Assembly (NCBI GenBank): GCA_003649205.1
Contig: QMRC01000002.1
Location: forward strand, 160,001-224,000
From: Thermoprotei archaeon
GTDB taxonomy: Archaea > Thermoproteota > Thermoprotei > Thermoproteales > B15-G16
Direction of reading: 5' to 3'
Length of the DNA: 64,000 nt
A program made the translations under genes and the position numbers. This document shows, one piece after another, positions 8,578 through 18,723 of the stretch (positions are counted from its first letter, which is position 1; every line of letters starts with the position of its first letter). The notes beneath the pieces are model-generated. The model was not told where the DNA came from. It did no database searches and saw only the letters and a list, made by a program, of their open reading frames with translations.

Positions 8578-10008
8578 GTGCCTAGGAGGATTAAGCCTCT
8601 TGATGTCTATAGGTTACTTCCGAAGCTAAATTGCGGTAAGTGTGGTGAACCGACGTGCATGGTCTTTGCTACTAAGCTGATTGAGCGACAGACTACACTC
8701 GATAAGTGTAGGCCTCTCTTCGAGGATCCTAGATTTAGGGAGAACTTGAGGAAGTTAATGGAGTTGTTGAGGCCTCCTGTTAAGGAGGTTACCATAGGTG
8801 TTGAACCTAATGCTGTTAAGGTCGGTGGCAAGGACGTTGTGTATAGGCATGAATGGACTTGGAGGAATCCAACAGCTATAGCTCTCGATGTTCACGATGG
8901 GATGGGTGATGAAGAGGTTGAGAGGAGGATTAAGTTTGTTAATGAGTGGTTCTATGAGAGGATTGAGAAGAGACTCGGTATTGACTTACTTGCTGTTAGG
9001 TGTGTCTCTGGTAGTGCTGAGCGATTTGTGAAGTTTGTCGAGAAGGTATGTAAGTTAACTAGTAAACCGTTGATCGTGTGTACTCTTGATCCAGCTACTC
9101 TCGAGGAAGTATTGAAGAGGATTGGTTCTCGAAGACCTCTAATCTATGCTGCTACTGAGAGAAATTGGAGGGAGTTCGCTGATCTAGCTGTTAAGTGGTC
9201 TTGTCCTTTGGTTGTTTCAGCTCCTAACGACCTATCTAAGTTGAAGAGCTTAGTGGTCTCGATAGTGAAGAACTTTGGTTATGAGGAGCTGGTACTGGAT
9301 CCAGGTACCTTGGTTAGTAATGGTGGTTTCCTAGATACGATATCGAACTTTACGGCTCTCAGGTACTCAGCTATTGAGTTTGGTGAGAGGGAAGTAGGTT
9401 TTCCACTCATGGCTATACCAGCTACTGTCTGGATCTTCGAGAGTGGTGGTACTGAGGAGCTGGAGTTTAGGGAAGCAATTATAGCGTGTTCGTTAGTAGC
9501 TAGGTACGCGGATATTCTAGTAATGCATAGCTTAAGCCCATGGGTCTACATGGCTGTTCTCTGTCTGAGGGACTGCCTGTACACTGATCCACGAGTTCCA
9601 CCATCAGTTAAACCTGGACTGTACGAGGTGGGTAAACCAACACCTGAATCTCCTCTCGTAGTTACCTGTAACTATGCACTCACAGTATCCCTAGTGAGAG
9701 GAGATCTTGAGAAGAGTGGTATCGATGCTTGGCTACTGGTGATAGATACTGAGGGTACCTCTGTAGCATCAGCTGTTGCTGGTAAGAGATTCACAGCGGA
9801 TAAGATAGCTGAGGCGGTTAAGGAGCTTAAGTTAGAGGAGAAGGTCAAGCACAGGTCGCTGGTGATACCTGGCTACGCAGCTAAGATAGCTGGTGAACTA
9901 GAGGATCTACTACCAGGGTGGAGGGTCTTCGTAGGTCCTAGAGAGAGTAGTGATCTACCTAAGTTCATTAGGGAGATTTGGAGTAAGGAGGTCCTGGGTA
10001 AGGCGTAG
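8578..10008 (+). CDS. cdhE: Corrinoid FeS protein large subunit, ACDS gamma
   Basis: LPKLNCGKCGEPTCMVFA..C [4Fe-4S] motif, YRHE, YTDPRVP, NYALT, VGPRESS. Confidence 0.95.
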   Translation: MPRRIKPLDVYRLLPKLNCGKCGEPTCMVFATKLIERQTTLDKCRPLFEDPRFRENLRKLMELLRPPVKEVTIGVEPNAVKVGGKDVVYRHEWTWRNPTAIALDVHDGMGDEEVERRIKFVNEWFYERIEKRLGIDLLAVRCVSGSAERFVKFVEKVCKLTSKPLIVCTLDPATLEEVLKRIGSRRPLIYAATERNWREFADLAVKWSCPLVVSAPNDLSKLKSLVVSIVKNFGYEELVLDPGTLVSNGGFLDTISNFTALRYSAIEFGEREVGFPLMAIPATVWIFESGGTEELEFREAIIACSLVARYADILVMHSLSPWVYMAVLCLRDCLYTDPRVPPSVKPGLYEVGKPTPESPLVVTCNYALTVSLVRGDLEKSGIDAWLLVIDTEGTSVASAVAGKRFTADKIAEAVKELKLEEKVKHRSLVIPGYAAKIAGELEDLLPGWRVFVGPRESSDLPKFIREIWSKEVLGKA

Positions 10009-10010
10009 GC

Positions 10011-10787
10011 ATGAGTATACTGATTGCTGTAAGCGGTAAGGGTGGTGTAGGGAAGACCGTCATCACAGCACTCATGCTAAAGGCAATTACTGAGGAAGGT
10101 ATTGAGGATAGGGCTATCCTAGTGATTGATGCTGATCCGGATGCTAATCTAGCAGACGTACTTGGCATACCACTTGATGTAAAGAAAACTCTTGGTTACG
10201 TAGCTACTGAGTTCAAGAAGGAGCTAGAGAAAGCCTCTATATCCGAGGTCGATAAAGCTACAGTACTTCAGACACGAGTACTTGAGGTAGTTCAGGAACT
10301 ACCTAAATTCGACTTCCTCGTTATGTGGAGAACTGAAGGTGAGGGCTGTTATTGCTTTGTTAACGCAGTTCTCTCCAATGTTCTTGAGTGGTTAATGGAT
10401 CAGTACGACATAATCCTAGCTGATTGTGAAGCAGGGTTAGAGCACTTCAATAGACGAGTTTTCAAAGCAATAGACTACTTAGTACTGGTTACTGATCAGA
10501 GTAAAGCGAGCTTCGATACTGTTAAGAGAGTTCTAGATGTTGTTCATGAAGTGGGTATAAGGGTTAGGAATGTGGGTATCGTAGTCAATAAGTTCAGAGA
10601 ACACTATAGAGAACGAGTTACGAAACTTGCTAGTGAAATTGGAGTAGAGATTTGGGGATTCGTACCATATAGTGAGGCCATTGAGGAATTTATGTCTGAA
10701 GCTAGATCACTGATGGAGTTACCGAGAGATGAAGCTGCTTATGTAGCTGTGAAGGAGGTACTCAAGAAAAAAATAGGTATTTTGTAG
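10011..10787 (+). CDS. cooC: CooC/AcsF-type nickel-insertion ATPase
   Basis: GKGGVGKT, IDADPDANL, EGCYC, DCEAGLEH. Confidence 0.9.
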   Translation: MSILIAVSGKGGVGKTVITALMLKAITEEGIEDRAILVIDADPDANLADVLGIPLDVKKTLGYVATEFKKELEKASISEVDKATVLQTRVLEVVQELPKFDFLVMWRTEGEGCYCFVNAVLSNVLEWLMDQYDIILADCEAGLEHFNRRVFKAIDYLVLVTDQSKASFDTVKRVLDVVHEVGIRVRNVGIVVNKFREHYRERVTKLASEIGVEIWGFVPYSEAIEEFMSEARSLMELPRDEAAYVAVKEVLKKKIGIL

Positions 10788-10796
10788 GTTCCCGTT

Positions 10797-11795
10797 CTAG
10801 CTCCTTAACTTCTTGACTATTTCACCGATTAGTGCAAGAGCTTCTTTCTTCTTCGGACCTAGTGGTGATCCCATTACAATGTGAGTTATTCCAGCCTTGA
10901 TTAACTCTCTAAGTTTCTCAATGCACTCATCTGGTGAGCCTGAAATTGAGAAGTAGTCTAGCATTAAGTCATCTACGTTCTCAGCAGCTTTCTTGAAGTC
11001 TCCCTTAGCTAGTGCTTCTCTGATAGTGCTTACCTTACCTAGATCTATTCCTCGTTCCTTCAGTAATGTATCTGGTGCTCCTGCAACTATGAACGCTACT
11101 ACTAGTCTAGCTGCATCCTTTGCCTTCTTTGAATCTGGTGCTACTGAGAAGCAGGTATACGCTACAATGTCTATCTTGCTGAAGTCCTTTCCAGCTGCTT
11201 CAGCACCCTTCTTAATTAGTGGTATTGCCTTCTCGAAGTCCTTGGGGTGTGATGCGTTTATCAGTACTCCATCACCTAGTTGACCAGCTAGCTGAAGCAT
11301 CTTAGGTGCTTGGGCACCTATGTAAATTGGTATTGCTCTACTTGGCTTGAAGTTTAGTCTTGCTCCCTTAAGCTTGAAGAACTCACCTTCGAAGTTAACT
11401 ACTTCACCAGCAAGTAATCTCCTAATGACTGTCACAGCTTCTCTAACAGCTGTTAGTGGTTTCTTCCTCTCAATACCAATAGCTTCGAGTGTTGCCTTAT
11501 CACCTGAACCTATACCGAGAATAGCTCTTCCACCACTAACCTCATCTAGTGTAGCTACTGCAGCAGCTGTCCAAGCTGGGTGAATAACATATGGGTTTGT
11601 AACACCTACACCTAGAGTTATTTTACTTGTCTTGATAGCCATCATGGTTAATGCGATGTAGACAGTACGGTTGCAGTAGTGATCTGTTACCCATATACTA
11701 TCTAGGCCATTCTGCTCGGCAATGATTGCATACTCGACTAATGTTGAAATAGCTCTATCAGGAACCAGCTCTATACCGAACTTCAAGTTAACCAC
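10797..11795 (-). CDS. mer: F420-dependent methylene-tetrahydromethanopterin reductase (Mer)-like, luciferase superfamily
   Basis: FGIELVP, WVTDHY, GVTNPY, GIGSGD, IYIGAQAPKML, DGVLINASHPKDF, GSPLGP. Confidence 0.85.
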   Translation of the reverse strand: MVNLKFGIELVPDRAISTLVEYAIIAEQNGLDSIWVTDHYCNRTVYIALTMMAIKTSKITLGVGVTNPYVIHPAWTAAAVATLDEVSGGRAILGIGSGDKATLEAIGIERKKPLTAVREAVTVIRRLLAGEVVNFEGEFFKLKGARLNFKPSRAIPIYIGAQAPKMLQLAGQLGDGVLINASHPKDFEKAIPLIKKGAEAAGKDFSKIDIVAYTCFSVAPDSKKAKDAARLVVAFIVAGAPDTLLKERGIDLGKVSTIREALAKGDFKKAAENVDDLMLDYFSISGSPDECIEKLRELIKAGITHIVMGSPLGPKKKEALALIGEIVKKLRS

Positions 11796-12087
11796 ACAGT
11801 ATCCCCACCTATGGGGGTCCAGACTTATTGAAGAGAGAAATACATTGTTATTAAAAATTACGATGTAGCGAATTTACTTAATTGCTAGTGCTAGTGGTAA
11901 TCAATGGTTGGTTTGATTTGGTGTGATTAATTGCTTTTAGTAACTGATGGGTTTGCTTGAGCTACTATAATTGGTAATTTTCCTCTCGTGTATCTGCTTC
12001 AAGTCAAGTACTTATACTTCTGAAGCTGTTTCTGGTTGAGGGTTAAGTACATTAGGTAACGAAGTCCATACCTAGCTACTGTAGTCT

Positions 12088-12870
12088 TTGGTGATCTCCA
12101 TGGGTGAAGTACCTAAGGTAGAGATAATTGGGTTACTCGACTTTCCCGATGTTAAGCCAGGTGATGACCTTGGAAAGCTAATTGTCGAGGTTGCTAGGAG
12201 AAACGGTATTGAGTTCATGGATGGTGATGTAATTGTTATCGCTCAGAAGATTGTCTCTAAGTCCGAGGGTAGAATAGTTGATCTGCAGACCGTTAAACCG
12301 TCTGAGTATGCAGTGAAGTTGGGTGAGGAACTAGGTAAGGACCCTAGATTAGTTGAGGTGGTGCTTAGGGAATCTCATGAGGTTTTGAAGGCTGAGGCAG
12401 GGCACTTGATCTCGCTGACAAGACATGGATTCGTATGTGCTAATGCTGGTGTTGATCTATCTAATGTAGATGGTAGTGGGTTAAGAGTAACGTTACTACC
12501 TGTAAATCCGGATGAGTCAGCTAGGAGAATTAGGGAGAGAATTAAGGAGTTGACTGGTAGGGATGTTGCTGTTGTCATAACAGATACCTTCGGTAGACCA
12601 TTTCGTGAAGGTGTTGTGAATTTTGCAATAGGTATATCCGGTATCCATCCATTTCGTGACTACATAGGTAAGGTAGATAGGTACGGATACGTAATGAGAG
12701 TGACTAAGGTCTGCATCGTTGATGAGGTAGCTGCAGCGGCGGAGCTAGTTATGGGACAAGGTGCTGAGGGTATTCCAGTTGTAGTAATTAGAGGGCTCAG
12801 GTACGAGAGAAGGGATGACGCAAGTATTCAGGAAGTTGTTATGCGTAAGGAGAAGTGGTTATTCAGGTAA
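12088..12870 (+). CDS. cofE: Coenzyme F420-0:L-glutamate ligase
   Basis: AQKIVSKSEGR, CANAGVDLSN, PDESARRIR, DTFGRPFREG, DEVAAAAELVMG. Confidence 0.93.
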   Translation: MVISMGEVPKVEIIGLLDFPDVKPGDDLGKLIVEVARRNGIEFMDGDVIVIAQKIVSKSEGRIVDLQTVKPSEYAVKLGEELGKDPRLVEVVLRESHEVLKAEAGHLISLTRHGFVCANAGVDLSNVDGSGLRVTLLPVNPDESARRIRERIKELTGRDVAVVITDTFGRPFREGVVNFAIGISGIHPFRDYIGKVDRYGYVMRVTKVCIVDEVAAAAELVMGQGAEGIPVVVIRGLRYERRDDASIQEVVMRKEKWLFR

Positions 12871-12920
12871 TCAGCTCGTCGCGAGCTCGATCACTGCTCA
12901 CGCTGGGACGGCTTCATCAC
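12871..12920 (-). ncRNA. Box C/D sRNA candidate
   Basis: Minus strand: GTGATGA-agccgtcccagc-GTGA..GTGATCG-agctcgcgacgag-CTGA. Confidence 0.7.
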
Positions 12921-13032
12921 CAAAACCTCATAGAGATACGTAGGTATATATTCCTTACCTTAGTGTTGACAGAAAAGGGGTAAACGCTTATAAAGGGCAT
13001 GTAGTCCTATTCTACGGCACCAACCACCTTGG

Positions 13033-14442
13033 GTGATGTTAATGAGTAGCAAATCCGCAGAGAAGAGTCCTATCTACTACCTCTTCAACCCTCGTAGCAT
13101 TGCCGTGATAGGTGCTTCTCGTGATCCCAAGAAGATAGGTTATCAGATTCTCAAGAACATCATTGAGTATGGATTTAAGGGAAAGGTCTATCCAGTCAAC
13201 CCGAAAGCTGATGAGATTCTCGGACTAAAGTGCTACAAATCCATTCTCGATATACCTGATGAAGTTGATGTCGCTGTCATATCGATACCTGCTCAGTACG
13301 TATTACCTGTTGTTGAGGAATGTGGTAAGAAAGGTGTTAAGGCTCTAATAGTGATATCCTCTGGCTTTGGTGAGGTAGGTAATGTCGAGCTTGAGAGAAA
13401 GCTAGTTGAGACAGCTAGGAAGTACGGAATGAGGATACTTGGACCCAATATCTTCGGTCTCTACTACGGACCTGCTAGGTTGAACGCAACCTTTGGTCCT
13501 AAGGAGGTTATTCCAGGTAACATAGCATTTGTCTCACAGAGTGGTGCTCTAGGTATAGCACTCATGGGGTGGACCATTGCAAAGGGCGTAGCTCTCTCAG
13601 CTGTTGTCAGCATGGGTAACAAGGCAGATATAGATGATGCAGATGTCCTTGAGTACTTCGAAACTGATCCTAACACCAAGGTCATACTCATATACATGGA
13701 GGGTATTAGACCAGGTCTCGGTAGGAGGTTTGTTGAAGTGGCTAGGAGAGTATCTAAGAAGAAGCCAATCATAGTTATCAAGGCTGGTAGAACAGAGAGA
13801 GGTGCTGCTGCAGCAGCGTCGCACACTGGTGCGCTTGCAGGAGCAGATGCAATATACAATGCGGCATTTAAGCAAGCAGGTGTGCTCAGAGCGATAGGTT
13901 TTGAAGAAGCATTTGATTGGGCTAAAGCACTGAGCATGCTACCACCACCTAAGGGTGAGAACGCAGTAATCATAACGAATGGTGGTGGTGCTGGGGTAAT
14001 GGCTACTGATGCAGCTGTTGAGTGCGGTATTCGATTAATGGAGATGCCACCAGATCTACAGGAGAGGTTCAGGAAGTACATGCCACCATTCGGGAGCCCG
14101 AAGAACCCAATAGACTTGACAGGTCAAGCAAGTGAAGAGGCGTACAAAGGTGCTCTCCTAGAAGCATTCAATGAACCTAGAATTCACTCCATAATACTAC
14201 TGTACTGTCAGACAGCAATTACAGATCCAGAGGTGCTTGCTGATAAGATAATTGAGGCTTGGAATGAAGCTAAGGAGAGAAAGCCTATGGTAGTCTCATT
14301 CATTGGTGGAATTGAGTGTGATAGAGCTATGGCGAAACTAGATAAGGCTGGTATCCCAGCATACCCATCTCCAGAGAGAGCTGTTAGTGCTCTCAGTGCT
14401 GTCTATAAGTGGGCTAGATGGGCAGGTTACGTGAAGGAGTAA
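13033..14442 (+). CDS. acdA: ADP-forming acyl-CoA synthetase, alpha subunit
   Basis: PRSIAVIGAS, ILGPN, SQSGALG, phospho-His motif ASHTGALAG, TNGGGAG, NPIDLTG. Confidence 0.92.
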   Translation: MMLMSSKSAEKSPIYYLFNPRSIAVIGASRDPKKIGYQILKNIIEYGFKGKVYPVNPKADEILGLKCYKSILDIPDEVDVAVISIPAQYVLPVVEECGKKGVKALIVISSGFGEVGNVELERKLVETARKYGMRILGPNIFGLYYGPARLNATFGPKEVIPGNIAFVSQSGALGIALMGWTIAKGVALSAVVSMGNKADIDDADVLEYFETDPNTKVILIYMEGIRPGLGRRFVEVARRVSKKKPIIVIKAGRTERGAAAAASHTGALAGADAIYNAAFKQAGVLRAIGFEEAFDWAKALSMLPPPKGENAVIITNGGGAGVMATDAAVECGIRLMEMPPDLQERFRKYMPPFGSPKNPIDLTGQASEEAYKGALLEAFNEPRIHSIILLYCQTAITDPEVLADKIIEAWNEAKERKPMVVSFIGGIECDRAMAKLDKAGIPAYPSPERAVSALSAVYKWARWAGYVKE

Positions 14443-14495
14443 GCAGTTCCCCTTTCTCTCTCACCACTCCCCCTTTAGATCTGGGTACTAGCTAG

Positions 14496-14546
14496 GTGAT
14501 GAGTGCGGACCCCACATGATAGATGATTGCCCCTCAGCACAACTGA
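14496..14546 (+). ncRNA. Box C/D sRNA candidate
   Basis: GTGATGA-gtgcggaccccac-ATGA..ATGATTG-cccctcagcacaa-CTGA. Confidence 0.72.
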
Positions 14547-14548
14547 TG

Positions 14549-15883
14549 CTACACCTTAGTAACCTCTAGACTTAAAGTCCCACACCTCACCTCAGCTACT
14601 ACACTAAACTTCTTATTAGCTTCATTAAATCCAGGTTCAACGTAATAACCACATACACCACTAGGTCCTCTAACAATACACGTACCTATCTCGACATGGG
14701 GTTTAATGCATACCTTAACCTCCTCTGGGATCTTTAAACTAGCTCTGGTAGTACCTGTACCCACCCTCAGCTTAACCTCACTTTCATTAACAACACTTGA
14801 GTAGGTTGCATTAACTACTAGCGTACCTGTCTCAATCTGTGTACTCAAGTCCTCAATACAAATACCGGATCCATGGATTGCTACGGCACCTGTATCAACA
14901 TCTACCTCCAACTTACTTAGCCTAGCACCATTGATAGAGAGCTTCACGGATCCAGAACGTACCTTCGTCTTCAAGTTCCTCAATTTCTCAATAGGTAGCT
15001 CAAGATGTGCCTCACCTACATCACACACCAAGCTCAGTACCCTGCCCTCTGTAGTGAGTTCAATACTAGGCTCCTTCCCCTTCTCACACCATACAACAAC
15101 TCTACCACTACCTGGCTTGAGCACTATGGAACCAGACCCAACCTCAACAGTGACATCGGCTTCATGTCTCAGCTCAACACTACGATCAAGAACCTTCTCC
15201 CTCATGCCTAAACCAATCCAACCAAGGGATAGCGACTTAAGTGCTGAAGATAGTGCAGTACCTACACTACGAAGTACTGAGGACAGCGCAGTACTCATAG
15301 GCTTAGTAAGACCACAGATAAGCCCTAGAAATCTACCCTCGTCCTCAGTTGATATCGATAACACATCACGGCACTTAAGTAAGGCTAGCTCTCTCAGGTG
15401 TTTCGGTACTCTCAGAGAGACTACATCCTCTATCCTCTCAATAACGGTATCAAATAACTCAGCATCCACATCATCATCCACGGTGACAGATATAGCATCA
15501 CGAATTATTGCTTTTTGTCCTCTCTCCCTCAACCTAGCCAATAACTCCTTAGTTACGTGTATGGAAATAGCATCTCTGAACACAAAAAGCTCAGTGGCTT
15601 TAGCCTTCTCATCCTCACCACTGTACAGGTTCTTGAGTATGCGATATACCTTCCAACCTAACTGACTTAACCTATAGAGCCCCTTCTCATCCTTCTCGAT
15701 TAAACCCTGTAGTGATCTTAGGTGAAATGCGAAGTGGCCTGAATCCCCTACACCAACACATTTCATCAACTCAACGTACGGTAAGGGACCTCTCTCACCA
15801 AGTACAAGAACTACCCTCCTCCTAACCTCATGACTTAAAGCCTTGAAGATCCTATTCAGTTCCTCCTCACTAACTTCAACCAC
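14549..15883 (-). CDS. ArsR-type wHTH protein fused to a beta-rich (DUF4097/adhesin-like) C-terminal region
   Basis: IFKALSHEVRRRV...SGHFAFHLRSL...GLYRLS; repeated V-x-(S/T)-G-x-(I/V) beta motifs in the C-terminal half. Confidence 0.6.
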   Translation of the reverse strand: MVEVSEEELNRIFKALSHEVRRRVVLVLGERGPLPYVELMKCVGVGDSGHFAFHLRSLQGLIEKDEKGLYRLSQLGWKVYRILKNLYSGEDEKAKATELFVFRDAISIHVTKELLARLRERGQKAIIRDAISVTVDDDVDAELFDTVIERIEDVVSLRVPKHLRELALLKCRDVLSISTEDEGRFLGLICGLTKPMSTALSSVLRSVGTALSSALKSLSLGWIGLGMREKVLDRSVELRHEADVTVEVGSGSIVLKPGSGRVVVWCEKGKEPSIELTTEGRVLSLVCDVGEAHLELPIEKLRNLKTKVRSGSVKLSINGARLSKLEVDVDTGAVAIHGSGICIEDLSTQIETGTLVVNATYSSVVNESEVKLRVGTGTTRASLKIPEEVKVCIKPHVEIGTCIVRGPSGVCGYYVEPGFNEANKKFSVVAEVRCGTLSLEVTKV

Positions 15884-15972
15884 CCCTCCTCCCTCACGAT
15901 ATAGAAGGGACTACACAGTAATGTACTAATCCACTTAACTCAACACAACCTATGTGTAGAGAGTACTTCACT

Positions 15973-16443
15973 TCATGGAGAAACGCCTAGGTACCTCAGT
16001 ACCTGTGGTATAGCATCTCTAACCCTCATACCGTATAGCGTTACTGGCCTAATACCAAATTGCTGAAGCCAAGATACTACACCTTGACCGAAGTTACCTG
16101 CGACCACAGCTCTAGCACCTGTAGATGCAACCCACTGAGCTATAGCATAGCCGAAACCTCCACCCATACCCCCACCCATGCCTCTACCCATACCACGTCC
16201 TCTACACCATCCACCACCGCCACCACCTCTAGCAAAAGTATTTGGAAATACATCTACTCTGATCACAGTACCGTCAGGAGCTACATCGACGATGGTGAAG
16301 GTGCTGGCTCTAGCGAAGCCAGGTGATATCACATCATCGAGACCTCCTGTACCAAGGGTTGCAAATACTATCCTTACTACACCACCGATCTGTGATCCAG
16401 AACTACTTGGAGGGTACATACTGTACACCTCGCTAGAGTACAA
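15973..16443 (-). CDS. NifB/NifX-family (FeMo-cofactor-binding-like) protein with Gly-rich insert
   Basis: ISPGFARASTFTIVDV, AVVAGNFG; true start probably downstream of the ORF-track start. Confidence 0.7.
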   Translation of the reverse strand: MYSSEVYSMYPPSSSGSQIGGVVRIVFATLGTGGLDDVISPGFARASTFTIVDVAPDGTVIRVDVFPNTFARGGGGGGWCRGRGMGRGMGGGMGGGFGYAIAQWVASTGARAVVAGNFGQGVVSWLQQFGIRPVTLYGMRVRDAIPQVLRYLGVSP

Positions 16444-16578
16444 AAGTAGCGACGAAGCTTATAATTTAAGCATTCTCGATGTAGCGGATCAACAGTTAAA
16501 GGAAGGAGTCTTCATTAGTGTTGAACGTTATGGTCGTATTCCCATCAAACTAACTTAAAGTTCAGTGCATAAGGGGGT

Positions 16579-17664
16579 GTGGGGGTTTCTATGCGTATTA
16601 GAGATATTAGGACTAGAGTTCTTGAGCTGAAGCTTAGATCAGTGTTCAGAACTGCTCTTGGTGAGGAAGAGCTGGCGAAGTCTGTGTTGGTTTTTGTTGA
16701 GACTGGTGATGGTGCTGTTGGTATCGGTGAGGCGTCCCCAGCACCTAGGGTAACTGGTGAAGATGTATCTACTGTAGTTGAAGTTATTGAGAAGGTGCTT
16801 AAGCCGAGAGTTGTTGGGCTTGAGGTTGAGGAGTTTAGAAGGATTTGGTTGACTATGGAGAGGTGTATTGAGGGTAATTACTCGGCTAAGGCGGGTATCG
16901 ACATAGCTGTTCACGATCTTCTGGGTAAGGTTCTCGGTAGACCGCTCTGGAGATTACTCGGTGGTTTAGTGAGTGAGCTTGAGACTGACATAACGGTTAG
17001 TCTCGATAGGCCTGAGGTGATGGCTGAGGAGGCTAGGGTTGCTGTTGAGAAGGGGTTTAGGGTTTTGAAGTTGAAGTTGGGTCTTGATCCTAAGCTCGAT
17101 GTTGAGCGTGTTAGAGCTGTGAGGGATGCTGTCGGTTATGACGTTAGGTTGAGGGTTGATGCTAATCAGGGTTGGTCACCTAAGCAAGCTGTCTGGGTTC
17201 TCAGTAGGATTGAGAGGTTTGAGATTGAGTGTGTTGAGCAGCCAGTACCTGAGTGGTGTATTGACGGTCTTAAGTACGTTAGGGAGAGAGTTGAGGTTCC
17301 TGTAATTGCTGATGAGAGTGCTAAGACCGTACGTGACGTAGCTCACTTAGCTAAGCTTGAAGCCGTGGACGGTGTGAATGTGAAGCTAATGAAGTGTGGT
17401 GGTATCACACCAGCACTTGACATAGTTTCCGTAGCTAGATCTCACGACTTAATGCTGATGTTTGGCTGTATGCTAGAGACGAGGGTCTCGATCACTGCTG
17501 CAGCATCAGTAGCTTCCTATGCGCAGCCTGAATTTATCGACTTAGATGCACCACTCAGTATAGTGCATGAACCAATTAAGGGAGGAGTAGAGTACGTAGG
17601 ACCTAGGATGAAATTACCACTAGGTCCTGGTCTAGGTGTAGAGGTCATAGAGTGGGATCTATAG
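16579..17664 (+). CDS. Dipeptide epimerase / N-acyl-D-amino-acid racemase (enolase superfamily, L-Ala-D/L-Glu epimerase / DgcA-like)
   Basis: KLKLG, RVDANQGW, EQP, ADES, NVKLMKCGG, GCMLE, DLD. Confidence 0.85.
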   Translation: MGVSMRIRDIRTRVLELKLRSVFRTALGEEELAKSVLVFVETGDGAVGIGEASPAPRVTGEDVSTVVEVIEKVLKPRVVGLEVEEFRRIWLTMERCIEGNYSAKAGIDIAVHDLLGKVLGRPLWRLLGGLVSELETDITVSLDRPEVMAEEARVAVEKGFRVLKLKLGLDPKLDVERVRAVRDAVGYDVRLRVDANQGWSPKQAVWVLSRIERFEIECVEQPVPEWCIDGLKYVRERVEVPVIADESAKTVRDVAHLAKLEAVDGVNVKLMKCGGITPALDIVSVARSHDLMLMFGCMLETRVSITAAASVASYAQPEFIDLDAPLSIVHEPIKGGVEYVGPRMKLPLGPGLGVEVIEWDL

Positions 17665-18723
17665 TTTCCCTATCGAATGTAACCTATCTAGTACGGAATC
17701 AACTAACCTACCTGGATCTCTACGTGGATCAGCTGCTGGTAAACCAATCTCCCTCTCTATTTTCTCACACATCTCTAGAATCTCATCTCTAGATCTACCG
17801 TATCCCATAATCGATATCGCTACTACCTTACTTGAGGGAACTAGGAACTCTATAGCTCTTATCTCTCGTATAAGAGGCTCCATGGGTACAGTAAATCCGT
17901 CTCTGAACTTCCTCCATGGATCGTGTGCGAGAATGACAGCATCAGGCCAACAACCGTAGAGTATGGCTACTGAGACCTGGCCATATGCAGGGTGGAGAAC
18001 TGAAGCCTGTCCCTCAACGAGTACCGGATTGTAACCTTCCTTATCTAGCTCGAGTACGTGAAGCTCAACAACACCTGGACAGAAATCTGAGGGAACTGCA
18101 TCGATAACGGTACCTCTATGAGCACCAACCATTATCATGGTTTGACCAGTACCAACAACACCAACTCTGTAACCACGTTTCTCAAGTTCACTACACACCT
18201 CAAGTACAGTAACGTTCTTACCAACAACACAGTCAGTACCAGCAATCAGTACACGACCACACCTTGTCTTCCGAACATCACCAGACCATATACGAAGTAG
18301 TTCCCTCCTCGGCTTCCTAACATCAACAATCCTGACGCCATGCTCACTAGCTAACTTCGAGAACTCAGGGTCCTCACTCAAGAAGTAGTGAAGACCACTC
18401 CATATCTCGAGACCACACTCAATAGCTCTCCTAATTACAGCTCTATGATGTTCAGGAAGAACACCACCAATAGTAGCTACACCAACGATAAGGACTTCAG
18501 GTCTATACACCAGAGCCTCATCTAGAGAAGCAACAACAGGAATACCTAGCTTACTCAAACCAAGAACCTCACCAGCATCACGACCGGCGTACCTACTGTC
18601 TATGACAGCAACAATGTCGAACTTCCTGCCACTGTACATAACGAGTATGTTAGCTGTCTTGCCAGTAAGTGAACCTAGGAAGCCCTCAGCTAGGATAACA
18701 GCTCTCTTACCCATAGACTGCAT
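17659..18723 (-). CDS. DUF1611-family protein (DgcN-like)
   Basis: GKTA, SGLH, GTDCVVGK, GTGQT, VEGQASVLHPAY. Confidence 0.82.
   Translation of the reverse strand: MQSMGKRAVILAEGFLGSLTGKTANILVMYSGRKFDIVAVIDSRYAGRDAGEVLGLSKLGIPVVASLDEALVYRPEVLIVGVATIGGVLPEHHRAVIRRAIECGLEIWSGLHYFLSEDPEFSKLASEHGVRIVDVRKPRRELLRIWSGDVRKTRCGRVLIAGTDCVVGKNVTVLEVCSELEKRGYRVGVVGTGQTMIMVGAHRGTVIDAVPSDFCPGVVELHVLELDKEGYNPVLVEGQASVLHPAYGQVSVAILYGCWPDAVILAHDPWRKFRDGFTVPMEPLIREIRAIEFLVPSSKVVAISIMGYGRSRDEILEMCEKIEREIGLPAADPRRDPGRLVDSVLDRLHSIGKL

Noticed and set aside
10797-11795. Methanogenesis inferred from mer, cof and cdh genes
   Set aside because: No mcr, mtr or hdr in the window; these genes alone do not imply methane metabolism.
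13464-15665. Long alternative ORFs (13464-14081 minus, 14931-15665 plus) and the many other 60-150 aa overlapping ORFs in the track
   Set aside because: Antisense to genes with clear family motifs; Ser/Thr/Leu-rich composition typical of shadow frames.
15973-16443. Nitrogen fixation inferred from the NifX-like gene
   Set aside because: Stand-alone NifB/NifX-family domains are common in non-diazotrophic archaea, and no nif genes are nearby.
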